A stretch of 64,000 nucleotides of DNA from Pseudomonadota bacterium (GTDB lineage Bacteria > Desulfobacterota > Desulfobacteria > Desulfobacterales > Desulfatibacillaceae): assembly GCA_043823985.1 (NCBI GenBank), contig JBDRTO010000088.1:3851-67850 (forward strand). Direction: 5' to 3'. A model generated the notes under the pieces. The model saw nothing but the letters and a program-made list of their open reading frames with translations, made no database searches and had not been told where the DNA came from. A program made the translations under genes and the position numbers. Positions 19,299-30,445 of the stretch are shown piece after piece; the first letter of the stretch is position 1, and the number at the start of each line of letters is the position of its first letter.

Positions 19299-20111
19299 CT
19301 ATTCTCCCTTGCGGCCGGGTCCGGCCAGGGGACCGGGAGGATCCTCACCGGTTATGCCCTTCCAGGTCCGGGCATCGGCCAGGTGGATGAACACCCGGTT
19401 CATGCGTTCCATATCCCAGGAGGAAGGACCGTGGGGGTCGGGAAGGATGTCCGCCTGAACAGGGGGCCCCCACTCCATACCCAGGTCAGGCCCGAAGGCA
19501 GCCAAACCTTCGGAGATCCGGCCCCGGCCTCCCGGGGAAGTGCCCTGGCATAGGGATCTGTAAACCGAGTGCTTCATGGGAAAGGCGGCCAACTGAATCC
19601 CCCCGTGCCGGGCGGCTCCCAGAAGAGCTTCTTCCGCAGTCCTGCCAGAGTGCAGGGGGGTGGCCACCATCTGCCGCAGAGTCCTGTCCTGTCCCAGGAG
19701 CCCAGGAATCCAATGTTGGGGGGGGCAAACAGCGTAATCCTGGTCCCCTTCCTGGAGGGTTTCGGTCCAAAGAGCCAGGGTGAGCATGTTGACCTTGCCC
19801 GTGCCGGCCTTCACCGCAAAGGGATAGGGACAAGGATTCCCCCCATCGCTGTCGGGCATGAGACCGATCCACAGACTTTCTCCGGGATAAAGAGGCACGA
19901 ACACACCACCTCTTTCCCGCCAGGACTCGGGGAGCTTTTCCGCGAAATCATCCACGTGCCGGATGGGCAGTCGGCCGTTTTCCGAGGTTAGGAGGCGGGC
20001 CGGGGAATTTTCGGGACGCTGGACGGTACGAACCAGGAAGACCCTCAAGAGGGCCCAAGGCTCCAGGTCCGGATGGTAAAACCGCAACTCCTGTCCGCTA
20101 AGTTCAAGCAT
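19299..20111 (-). CDS. hypothetical protein (270 aa), no recognisable domain
   Basis: ATG start 6 nt after the XRE gene stop; its stop lies 17 nt before the PLD start. No catalytic motif recognised. Conserved-looking core: 'VFVPLYPGESLWIGL...YPFAVKAGTGKVNMLT...DYAVCPPQHWIPGL...LRQMVATPL'. Confidence 0.6.
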   Translation of the reverse strand: MLELSGQELRFYHPDLEPWALLRVFLVRTVQRPENSPARLLTSENGRLPIRHVDDFAEKLPESWRERGGVFVPLYPGESLWIGLMPDSDGGNPCPYPFAVKAGTGKVNMLTLALWTETLQEGDQDYAVCPPQHWIPGLLGQDRTLRQMVATPLHSGRTAEEALLGAARHGGIQLAAFPMKHSVYRSLCQGTSPGGRGRISEGLAAFGPDLGMEWGPPVQADILPDPHGPSSWDMERMNRVFIHLADARTWKGITGEDPPGPLAGPGRKGE

Positions 20112-20117
20112 GAAGAC

Positions 20118-20486
20118 CTACCACTTTCCGTCCCGAACCTCCCGGATGATGCGAAGTACCGCATGGTCCGGAAGGTTTTTCAGATCCCGGATGAGCTGGG
20201 CGAAAAGAAGCGGCCTCTTCCGGATCACTTCCTGGACGTCCTTCCCGATCTTTCCGCAAAGGGCCAGGAGAACGTCTTGATCCTCATCCAATTCCAGGGC
20301 CAGGAGCAGGATCTTTTCCTCGGACAAAGGAGCGTTCTCCCCCCGTTCCACCTTGGAAAGGTAGGAAGGCTCCACCCCGATTCGTTGGGCCACCTGGCGC
20401 AGGGAAAAGCTGCGATCCGTCTTCCGGAAGGATTCCCTCTTCTCCCGGATGTAGGCTCCGAACGGGTTTTTGTCGGTGTTACGCAC
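20118..20486 (-). CDS. XRE-family helix-turn-helix transcriptional regulator
   Basis: 122 aa. 'FSLRQVAQRIGVEPSYLSKVERGENAPLSEEKILLLALEL' is a classic Cro/C1-type HTH. GTG start with an AAGG SD. Confidence 0.85.
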   Translation of the reverse strand: MRNTDKNPFGAYIREKRESFRKTDRSFSLRQVAQRIGVEPSYLSKVERGENAPLSEEKILLLALELDEDQDVLLALCGKIGKDVQEVIRKRPLLFAQLIRDLKNLPDHAVLRIIREVRDGKW

Positions 20487-20503
20487 TTTTGCCTTGCCTT
20501 CAT

Positions 20504-20550
20504 GTGTACTGTGTGGTACACACTATACATCCGGCCAGACCCCTTGTCCA
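20504..20550 (-). promoter_or_regulatory. sigma70-like promoter plus palindromic operator of the XRE/orphan/PLD operon
   Basis: On the minus strand: -35 TGGACA (20550-20545), 17-nt spacer, -10 TATAGT (20527-20522). A perfect inverted repeat GTGTAC-N6-GTACAC (20504-20521) covers the expected +1, 18 nt upstream of the regulator start. Confidence 0.45.
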
Positions 20551-20670
20551 CCCCGGAATGTCCCGAAGCAGCGAACCTGAGTTCCACGACCTCCCCGGAC
20601 ACCTTATGATGCCACGCGGGGGGCCAAAACGCAATACAGGCCAGGCGGGCCGACAAGAAAGGAAATAGCC

Positions 20671-23202
20671 ATGATCCTGAAACCTTCCATCTTCCTTGGC
20701 GAGCACGCGATCCGGGCGGCATGGAACTGCATGGCCACGGGGCTTTTCCCCGCCCAGCCCGTGACGGCCCGGCCGGATTATGCCCTTCTCCCCCGTCAGG
20801 CATCGATGGTTCCGGTTTCCTGGATTCCAGGCAGGCCCCCGGCCATGGCCCTTCAGGACCTGCCGCCTGGACTTGGGAGACACGAAAAGAACATCCTTCT
20901 GGCCCTGACCGAAGCGCCCTTTTCCCTGTTCCGTTTCACCGGCCCGGCGGGCAGTGGCAAAACCAGCACCCTGCGGTACCTGGCCGGAGTCCTGTCCGCC
21001 TGCCCGTTTCCCCGGGCTAGGTTGATCGTGGCGGATTCCAGGAGCCTGTGCCTGGACGTGAATGAAATGAGCGAAGGGCCCGGGATGCTGGACAGGGTTT
21101 CCGGACAGTTGGCGGAATTGATTCTCCGCGAACTGTATGCCCAGGACTTCCCGTCGGGAGCCCATCCTACCATCCCTTTGTTTCCTCTTTCCCGGGAAAC
21201 AAAGGACTCCCTGGCCGCCTATCCCTCTCTCAAAAAGGCCCTCCGTCCGGTCCTCGGAGGGGAAAAGGGGTGCCGTGTTTCGGATGCAGGAGGGATATCC
21301 GGGCCTGTGGCTATGGAAGCCTGGAAAAGCGGGCGGGAACGATTGAAGGGAGCCCTGGGGTGCTTCCTGGCCGAGACCCTTTCGGCCGCCGGGAGCACCG
21401 GGCGGGCGATTCTGGTCCTGGACGGCCTGGAGGTACTGCCAAGTTTCCTGGCCAAGGGGCTGATCCAGGACCTCTCGAAAGCCATTTGCACCCAGGGGGA
21501 AACCCGTCTCCGTCTCGCTCTGTCCTCCCGCCCGGACGTTCATCCCCAAATGCCCAAAAGCCCGCCATGCCTGGATCTCGCCCATTACGCGCCAGACCCG
21601 CAGATGGAAATGATCTTCCGGGTGGACCGATTCCTGGAAAACCCCTTCAACATATTCTACTTTTCCAACCTGGACCAGGGCACCCAGAACCTTTTCCTCC
21701 AAAGTCTTTCCTGCCTCCGGGCCAGTTTGGTGAAGCCCAAGAGCCTTTTCAATTCCATGCTCCATTCCGTGGGGGGCTCCAACCTGGCAGCCTGCCATCT
21801 TCTGGGCATTCGTTTCTGTCTCTCCCTCTGTTTCTCCCGGGAACATCCTCCACGGATCACCCTACCCCAGCGTCCGGGGGACCTTTTGGACCGGAACGAG
21901 CTTTTCCAGGATCTGGAATCTCTTTTGGGACCCTGGGAATGGCTCCTGGGTGGGCCGGAAGTCTCCTCAGAACAGGTCGAATACGCAGGCGAGTGGCTAT
22001 CTGGCGCGTTTTGCCGGTGCCTGGAACGGGAGGAAATGGAAGACGAATCTGCACCGGGGCGGGATCAATCTCCTGAAACTTCCTGGGTTCTCCGCCCCGG
22101 AGCCCGCCACTTCCTCCAGAGTCTGGCCCGGAAACACGGTGCCGGAAAAAGTTCCCATGAGGTGGAGTCATGGGCCCGGACCCTGGCCCAAAGCCTGCGC
22201 CCGGGCCGGGGATTTATAAACCCGGATCGGGTGGGTATCCTGGTCCGGGGGTTCGAGACGGATTTTCGAGCCCGTCTCATCCATCTGTGGCTGGCGGCCG
22301 GGATTGAGGAAGAGCGGGAACTCGTGGAAGTCCTAGGCAGCTTTGCCATGGCCGTGGGTCGGGAGATTGCCGGGGCATGTGAGCGTAAGGGTGCCCCGGA
22401 ATCTCAAAATCCGGATACCCAGGTCCCGGAACCACCGGCGTGGAATGATTTTTCTGAGGCCGCGTTGGCGGCGTCGGGGCTGGGCCGGAGTGGTGTCGAG
22501 ACTTTCAACGCATTTTACTGGGGCGGGTCGAATCTTTCCCTGGCCGGATTCCACTCTCTCTGCCTGATCCAGGATGCGGGACACCAGGGAATGGGGTGGA
22601 AAGAATTGAGGGCTTCTCTCCAGGCCATGGGATACTCCCGGGTGCTGGCAGGGTGCATCCTCCTGGACCTGATGAACCAGGACCATTCCCTGGTCTCCCG
22701 CATTCCGGACATCCAGGAACCGGGCATGGGAACCCTGGTTCTCACGGAAGGAGGCCGGCGGTTTTTCGACGAAGTCCTATCGTCACCGGAATACCTGGCC
22801 TGGGCCTTTGAATCGGTGCCCTCGCTGCGCAGGTCGATCCGGCAGGCCATCGGTACCTGGAAGGAGGCCGTGACTCCCTGGGAGCCTGGCAAATGGATTT
22901 TGGCGGGTTTCCAGGCAGCTCTGGCCTTGGAGGGTGGATTGATGTCCCGAGTTGGAGAGGGAAAAATCGCTCCTTCCCCCTTCCAGGATGTGCCTCCGGC
23001 CGCAAAGCTCTTTTTGAAAATCTACGAGGTGGGCCTGCTAAGCATGGAAGCCTGCTCCCAGACTCCGGGAGAGCTGAGAAGGGTCCTTGCTTTAAAAAAC
23101 CAGATCCGGCAATGGAAATCCTTCCGGAAGACCGTGGCGAATTTTCTCCCCAAAACCCCGGGGCACCCAGGGGAATTTTCTGTCGGATCCAGACCCGAAT
23201 GA
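20671..23202 (+). CDS. orphan P-loop NTPase (STAND/NACHT-like), 843 aa
   Basis: ATG with an AGAAAGGAAA SD. Walker A 'GPAGSGKTS' (20941-20967), Walker B 'AILVLDGLE' (21406-21432), then 'RLRLALSSRP', reminiscent of the NACHT 'TSRP' motif. The long C-terminal helical region has no recognisable domain. Confidence 0.7.
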   Translation: MILKPSIFLGEHAIRAAWNCMATGLFPAQPVTARPDYALLPRQASMVPVSWIPGRPPAMALQDLPPGLGRHEKNILLALTEAPFSLFRFTGPAGSGKTSTLRYLAGVLSACPFPRARLIVADSRSLCLDVNEMSEGPGMLDRVSGQLAELILRELYAQDFPSGAHPTIPLFPLSRETKDSLAAYPSLKKALRPVLGGEKGCRVSDAGGISGPVAMEAWKSGRERLKGALGCFLAETLSAAGSTGRAILVLDGLEVLPSFLAKGLIQDLSKAICTQGETRLRLALSSRPDVHPQMPKSPPCLDLAHYAPDPQMEMIFRVDRFLENPFNIFYFSNLDQGTQNLFLQSLSCLRASLVKPKSLFNSMLHSVGGSNLAACHLLGIRFCLSLCFSREHPPRITLPQRPGDLLDRNELFQDLESLLGPWEWLLGGPEVSSEQVEYAGEWLSGAFCRCLEREEMEDESAPGRDQSPETSWVLRPGARHFLQSLARKHGAGKSSHEVESWARTLAQSLRPGRGFINPDRVGILVRGFETDFRARLIHLWLAAGIEEERELVEVLGSFAMAVGREIAGACERKGAPESQNPDTQVPEPPAWNDFSEAALAASGLGRSGVETFNAFYWGGSNLSLAGFHSLCLIQDAGHQGMGWKELRASLQAMGYSRVLAGCILLDLMNQDHSLVSRIPDIQEPGMGTLVLTEGGRRFFDEVLSSPEYLAWAFESVPSLRRSIRQAIGTWKEAVTPWEPGKWILAGFQAALALEGGLMSRVGEGKIAPSPFQDVPPAAKLFLKIYEVGLLSMEACSQTPGELRRVLALKNQIRQWKSFRKTVANFLPKTPGHPGEFSVGSRPE

Positions 23203-23238
23203 CCGGACGGCGAGTGCCCGAGTGACCAGGTGCGGTTA

Positions 23239-23973
23239 TCATCCCAGAAAGGAACGGACAAAGGATCTCTCAAACTCCACGGCTTCCAGGCAGCGATAGA
23301 ATTGTCTTTCCATTTTCCGGAACGATTCCGTATGGATGCGCCTAGTGCGACCTTCTCTGCACCGGACCGGACACAGGGAGTGCAGGACTTCGTGGTAAAT
23401 GACATATTCCACGAAAAAATCCGGCACGGCTGGACTGTCCAGCACCGGATGCACCCGGACGATTCGGAACACAGCGGACCAGCTTCCAAGCCGGATGGAA
23501 GACCTTTTAACGGATGACTTTGTGACCGAGGCCCACCCGATACGGATTCCTTCCACGCAAAGGCCGTGGACCCTGGCCACTTCGGCCAGGAGGTGAGCCA
23601 AGTTGTGGTGCCGCCCCTTGTACTCCAGGGCTCTGGGCGAGCTTTTCCGAACCAGGAGGTGGAAAAGGCCCTGGTTTTCCTTCAAAAAGGCGTCCAGACA
23701 GACTCCGCTGTCCGGGTCACCATCCTGGATGTAGGCCGCCAGGGCGTGAAGGGTCTTTTCGTCCGCCGCCCGGAAGGCGTGTTGGAGCCGGACTTCCAGA
23801 CCCCTTCCTGGAGTTTTCTTCACGGATAGCACAGAGCTTTTGTTCATGGTGAACCGAACCCACAGGGGCCGGGATATCAGAGAACGCAAACGTGTAATGA
23901 ACTCCGCCTCTGAAGCCATGGAATACGGGGGTTTTTCCAATATACTCGAATTTTCATCCATGTACCGAACCAT
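23239..23973 (-). CDS. DUF45/YgjP-like (SprT/WLM-like) HExxH metal-dependent hydrolase
   Basis: 244 aa. 'IRVHPVLDSPAVPDFFVEYVIYHEVLHSL...RIHTESFRKMERQF' matches the DUF45 pattern (HExxH followed by H..F). Confidence 0.7.
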   Translation of the reverse strand: MVRYMDENSSILEKPPYSMASEAEFITRLRSLISRPLWVRFTMNKSSVLSVKKTPGRGLEVRLQHAFRAADEKTLHALAAYIQDGDPDSGVCLDAFLKENQGLFHLLVRKSSPRALEYKGRHHNLAHLLAEVARVHGLCVEGIRIGWASVTKSSVKRSSIRLGSWSAVFRIVRVHPVLDSPAVPDFFVEYVIYHEVLHSLCPVRCREGRTRRIHTESFRKMERQFYRCLEAVEFERSFVRSFLG

Positions 23974-24303
23974 AGATTTCTATCAGTTAGCCGTGTCAAA
24001 TGTTACCAACGATTGAACGGCGGGGGCATTTGGCGTCCATTTCCTATCCCAAATACGTCATCCGGCCCAATGGCTCACCTCTTCTCCAGGAAAGAACGCA
24101 AACCCTCTTGAGGGCCCTCCAACCCATTTCATCCTTTGAAAAGCTCTCCACTCCGACTATACTGAATGTGTGCCCGAGCCAAGGCTCAATTCCCTACGGG
24201 CCGAACTCCCAAAAAAATGTTTTTTCGATGTTGAAAATCTTACTGACAATCTCCTCATGAAACAAATATTTGATTTTGAAACCCTTTTCTATCATAGTAA
24301 AGC

Positions 24304-24332
24304 TTGTCAAAGTGAATGGAAATCATTACTAT
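24304..24332 (+). promoter_or_regulatory. sigma70-like promoter for the 96-aa orphan gene
   Basis: -35 TTGTCA (24304-24309), 17-nt spacer, -10 TACTAT (24327-24332). A GGAGA SD lies 4 nt before ATG 24353. Confidence 0.4.
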
Positions 24333-24352
24333 AGGCCTACCCTTGGAGAATC

Positions 24353-24643
24353 ATGGAAGATTTAATCATCAAAAAATACGGCGAGTGGAACTTCCTGCTG
24401 GAAGGCCAGGGAGAGCAAATGCTGGTCTGGCCGTATTTTAGCGGACAGCCTTTTGCGCTGGAGGTTACCGGGGCCACCGAGGGACCGGGGCGCATCCAGT
24501 TCCGAAAAGCGTTTCCCTACCCCGCCAACTATTGGGACCGGTCCCGCAAAATTCTTTCCTGGTGCAAGCAGTTTGCGGCTTCCGAGAATCTACGAAAAGA
24601 AGAACTGGCGGCCTACCAGGCTTGGCTGGACAAATCGGAGTAA
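24353..24643 (+). CDS. hypothetical small protein (96 aa)
   Basis: Good promoter and SD context, and lower GC than its surroundings. No motif recognised. Confidence 0.45.
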   Translation: MEDLIIKKYGEWNFLLEGQGEQMLVWPYFSGQPFALEVTGATEGPGRIQFRKAFPYPANYWDRSRKILSWCKQFAASENLRKEELAAYQAWLDKSE

Positions 24644-24724
24644 CCCGCACAATACCTTTACCAAAGCCATCCCACCCCATTCTTCATCCAGCTTCTCCCT
24701 TAAGCCCTTTCCTCCATCCGCGAT

Positions 24725-25021
24725 TCAAGAGGAAGAGCCTTTTCCCGCCCTGGAATAAGGCCTCCGTGGGGGCCCCACGCGCGGCGCGCGCGCTCCTGTG
24801 CCCAAAGCCCGGAACCCATGCGCGGCCAAGCCCGCTCCCCAACCCAGGATCGGCCAGGAAAACCAAAGACGCTCGGGAAATGCAAGCAGGTTGATGGTCA
24901 CAATCACCATATTCACAAACAAATACAGAAGAAGATGCTTGTAGAAAACGGTTTTTTTCCGAACCCGCCCCCGGGCCTCCAGGAGGGCTTTTTCGTACTG
25001 CTCGTCCAGGGGATGTTCCAT
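24725..25021 (-). CDS. 2TM-domain-like small membrane protein
   Basis: 'RVRKKTVFYKHLLLYLFVNMVIVTINLL....WFSWPILGWGAGLAAHGF' follows the two-helix 2TM-domain pattern. An AAGGAA SD lies 5 nt upstream of the ATG. The Gly/Arg/Pro-rich tail may not be genuine. Confidence 0.55.
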   Translation of the reverse strand: MEHPLDEQYEKALLEARGRVRKKTVFYKHLLLYLFVNMVIVTINLLAFPERLWFSWPILGWGAGLAAHGFRALGTGARAPRVGPPRRPYSRAGKGSSS

Positions 25022-25291
25022 GGATTCCTTTCCCTTTCGTGGGTCGGCCCTGCGACCTCCGGGCGACCTTGAGGTTCATGCTAATCCCCGGGTCCGTGCA
25101 ATGCAACACACATGCGTGCGACCAAACTGAACTCCCTACCCTTCTCCGGCTTGAAAGACTGTCCCAGGGCTTCATTCCGGGCACTGAAATGCATTCCTTC
25201 TTGGATTCATGGAAAAGCCATGCTACATACCCCCATACTGCAAAATAGAACATCCTTTGGGAAGGCTGAAAATTTTAACCCTGTTTTGCCG

Positions 25292-25756
25292 ATGGGGGCT
25301 TGCATGGGCATTTTCGGCTGGTGGAAAAGAGACCAGGAACCCGATCTGGACGGACTCACGGGTATCGCCAAACTCATCGGGGAGGACATCGACCGGCTGG
25401 TGGCCGAAACCTTTGCCGCCTACCAGGAGCTTCTTCTCACCCAGCCACCGGGATTCATCGTGCCCGCCGTGTGGGGTGCCCGCAAGGACGGGGAACTCAC
25501 GGACGAGCAGAAATCCATCTATAAGAAGGTCGTCCCGGCCATGAAGCGGGTTTTGGAAAACCTGCGCTTCCGCAAGCTCTCCCGGGGGCAGGAATTCGCC
25601 ATTGATTTCCTGGTCCGGGGTCTCATCATCACCAAGATCGCCTGCCTGGTGGAGATAGGCAAGAGCAGGTCCAAGCTCTTTCCGGACACCAATTCCCGGG
25701 AAAAAGACGAGCAACTGGAACGCTTGAGCCGCATGGAGCCCCTGGGCCGGGCCTGA
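25292..25756 (+). CDS. hypothetical protein (about 150 aa)
   Basis: The ORF has reasonable amino-acid composition. Start is ATG 25292 or 25304 (GGGGG 7 nt upstream of the latter). No motif recognised. It is convergent with the radical SAM gene. Confidence 0.45.
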   Translation: MGACMGIFGWWKRDQEPDLDGLTGIAKLIGEDIDRLVAETFAAYQELLLTQPPGFIVPAVWGARKDGELTDEQKSIYKKVVPAMKRVLENLRFRKLSRGQEFAIDFLVRGLIITKIACLVEIGKSRSKLFPDTNSREKDEQLERLSRMEPLGRA

Positions 25757-25759
25757 TGA

Positions 25760-26869
25760 TCATTCCCGGATTCCGCACACCCTGACCGCGCTTTGGTTCA
25801 GATAAGCTGACAAACCCTTTTCCCCAGGCCAGAACCCCATGCACCTTTCCCATACCTCCTGGTCTTCCATGCAAAAATAGGCGGTCACTTCCGGTGCCAC
25901 TGCCTGTATTTCCTCAACCATCTCCCGGCACAGGGCCATGCGGATGGGCTTGAACACCCGCATCTTGTTGTCCAGTCCCGGCACCATCTCCCCCAGAACC
26001 AGTTCCGAACCCGGACGCCGCTCCCGGATCATCTGGCCCAGAGAAGGCGGATAGCGCAGCGTGCCCAGACTTATCCAAACCACCCTCTCCGACGGCACCC
26101 TGGCAAAAACCTCCCGGACCACCTCGCGGTAATCCTTCTCACATCCGGGATACGGTACAAGAGGATCGAAATGGAACGCCAGGGGATAGCCCCATTCCGC
26201 GCACCGGGCTGCTGCGGAGAGCCTTGCCGAAAGGCTGGTCGCCCCTTTTTCGTGTTCCCGGACCACCCTGGGGGCATTCATGCTCCAGGCCAGGATGGTT
26301 TTTCCCCGGTGATCCAGGCCTTTCAAGGCATCGATGTTCACAGTCTTGGTTTTCAGTTCCAGCACGGCGTGGTCCTGGGCCGCGAATCGTTCCACCAATC
26401 TGGGGGTCAGGTCCCAAAGAGACTCCCACACCAAGCTGTCCGTAAACTCGCCGGTTCCCATGCGTCGGGTGGCCGGATCCCGGGCTTTAAGCACCTGATC
26501 CAGTTCGGAAAACAGTTCATCCTGGTTGGCGAAAAGTTGCATGACCGGAGGGTGAAAATAGGTCTGGAGCACGCAGTAGGCGCAGTCCATGGGACAGAAC
26601 GTGCCCACATGAAGGATGGTGTATCCACAACAGGTGTATTCGCTCGTGCCCGGGCAGGGGCGAATGAAGCGGCCCTGGTTCCGGGTGATGTACAGCACGG
26701 ATTTGGCCGCAGCCACGGGGTCTGGCAAGGAAAGGACATGGCGAAAAACTTCGCCTGGACCGTCCACGAGTTCCACCGGGACCCCGGCTAAGCGTTGACG
26801 GATGTCCCGGGCCAGGGGGGTATCCTGGACCCGCAGGTCCACAAACAGCTGGCGGATGGCGGGCTTCAT
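25760..26869 (-). CDS. spore-photoproduct-lyase-family radical SAM protein
   Basis: 369 aa. The 'CPMDCAYC' (CxxxCxxC) cluster is preceded by 'CCGYTILHVGTFC'. Overall layout is SplB-like. Confidence 0.8.
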   Translation of the reverse strand: MKPAIRQLFVDLRVQDTPLARDIRQRLAGVPVELVDGPGEVFRHVLSLPDPVAAAKSVLYITRNQGRFIRPCPGTSEYTCCGYTILHVGTFCPMDCAYCVLQTYFHPPVMQLFANQDELFSELDQVLKARDPATRRMGTGEFTDSLVWESLWDLTPRLVERFAAQDHAVLELKTKTVNIDALKGLDHRGKTILAWSMNAPRVVREHEKGATSLSARLSAAARCAEWGYPLAFHFDPLVPYPGCEKDYREVVREVFARVPSERVVWISLGTLRYPPSLGQMIRERRPGSELVLGEMVPGLDNKMRVFKPIRMALCREMVEEIQAVAPEVTAYFCMEDQEVWERCMGFWPGEKGLSAYLNQSAVRVCGIRE

Positions 26870-26873
26870 GAGG

Positions 26874-27826
26874 TCATTCCCCCATCACCCGTTTCAGGGC
26901 CGGATTTTTTAGAAGATCCAGGGTGCGGGAAAGATGTTGGGAAAGTTCCTTTTCGGAGTCGAATTGCAGGCGCAGGACGTGGGTGGTGCCCTCGAAGAAT
27001 GGAGGCGGCTCCCATTTCATCCGGGGTGGGAGGCGCAGACCGGCCACCAGCCGATCCCTTTCCGCAGTTTCCCGGTCCACGGTGGGATACCGGCGCTGGT
27101 GCAAAATCGCCCGGACTCGGGTAGCAGCAGCGTTCTTGTCTTTTTCTTCCCGGATGGCAGCCCCGATGCCCGGGTCCTCCAGAACCTGGGCGGGGGAAAG
27201 GTTTTCCCGTTCCGCGATTTCCCGCACCAGGGACAGGATCTGGCGCTGACGGGAAAGGCTCTGGGGAAGCTCCAAAAACAGGCGGGCCAGGGCCTTGGCG
27301 TTACTTTCCTCCAGCCTGCCCAGGTCCAGAGCCACGGGAAAGGCCAGCGCACCGGCTTCCAGAGCTTCCTGGAGTGTGGCTGGCATCCGGCACAGGCTTT
27401 CCCAATCCTTCAGACGAGGAATGGGGGCTTCCAGGCCCAGGGCCCGGCGGACAAGGTCCTGCCGGGCGTCCCAGGCCAAATCCGGCCCCAGGAGAGCAAT
27501 AGCCCGGGAGGTTTCCAGCAGGCCCAGGGGCCGGGCAACGGCATTTAGGGAAACCGCCGCAAAGGCGCAGACCCCGTCCGGCGTGGACAGAGGAAGGACC
27601 ATGGCTGGAACCGGCGAGCATCCCAGTTCCCGGCAGGCTTCCCGGCGGGAGAATCCGTCCACCACCTGAAAACGGCCGTCCTGCCTTTCCCTCAGGAGAA
27701 CCGGAGCCAGCAGCCCCGCCTCCCGAATAATGCCCACCCAGCGGTTCTCTCCGTTGGTCCCGGAGATACGGAACGTGATGTCCGAGCCGGAAACTGTCTC
27801 CAGGGGGACTTCCTGGAACTCGGGCG

Positions 27827-27830
<4 letters not shown>
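26874..27830 (-). CDS. ParB/Srx N-terminal-domain protein with uncharacterised helical C-terminus
   Basis: '[32 protein letters not shown]' resembles the ParB-N box, with GERRxRA degenerated to GFSRREA. ATGA overlap with the purC stop. There is a 4-nt gap to the radical SAM gene. Confidence 0.65.
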
Positions 27831-30427
<2,597 letters not shown>

Positions 30428-30445
30428 ATTTTGGTGCCAGCCCAG

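Noticed and set aside
20500-21846. 448-aa ORF antisense to the 5' half of the NTPase gene and spanning the divergent promoter region
   Set aside because: It has a shadow-ORF composition. It would run through the predicted promoter and operator, and only the + frame carries Walker A/B motifs.
24000-24260. 86-aa ORF in the AT-richer intergenic stretch
   Set aside because: It has no SD, an odd composition and no motif. The region is more likely regulatory or non-coding. It is kept only as part of the AT-rich patch finding.
24776-24795. Alternating CG run (cacgcgcggcgcgcgcgctc) that could fold as a hairpin or adopt Z-DNA
   Set aside because: It is short and low-complexity and lies inside the dubious C-terminal tail of the 2TM ORF. 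No T-tract or partner motif is present, so the evidence for any function is insufficient.
17476-25756. Calling the accessory-looking block a prophage, ICE or genomic island
   Set aside because: No integrase, transposase, tRNA target, flanking direct repeats or phage structural genes are visible. Only the composition and gene content are unusual, so no mobile-element feature is asserted.
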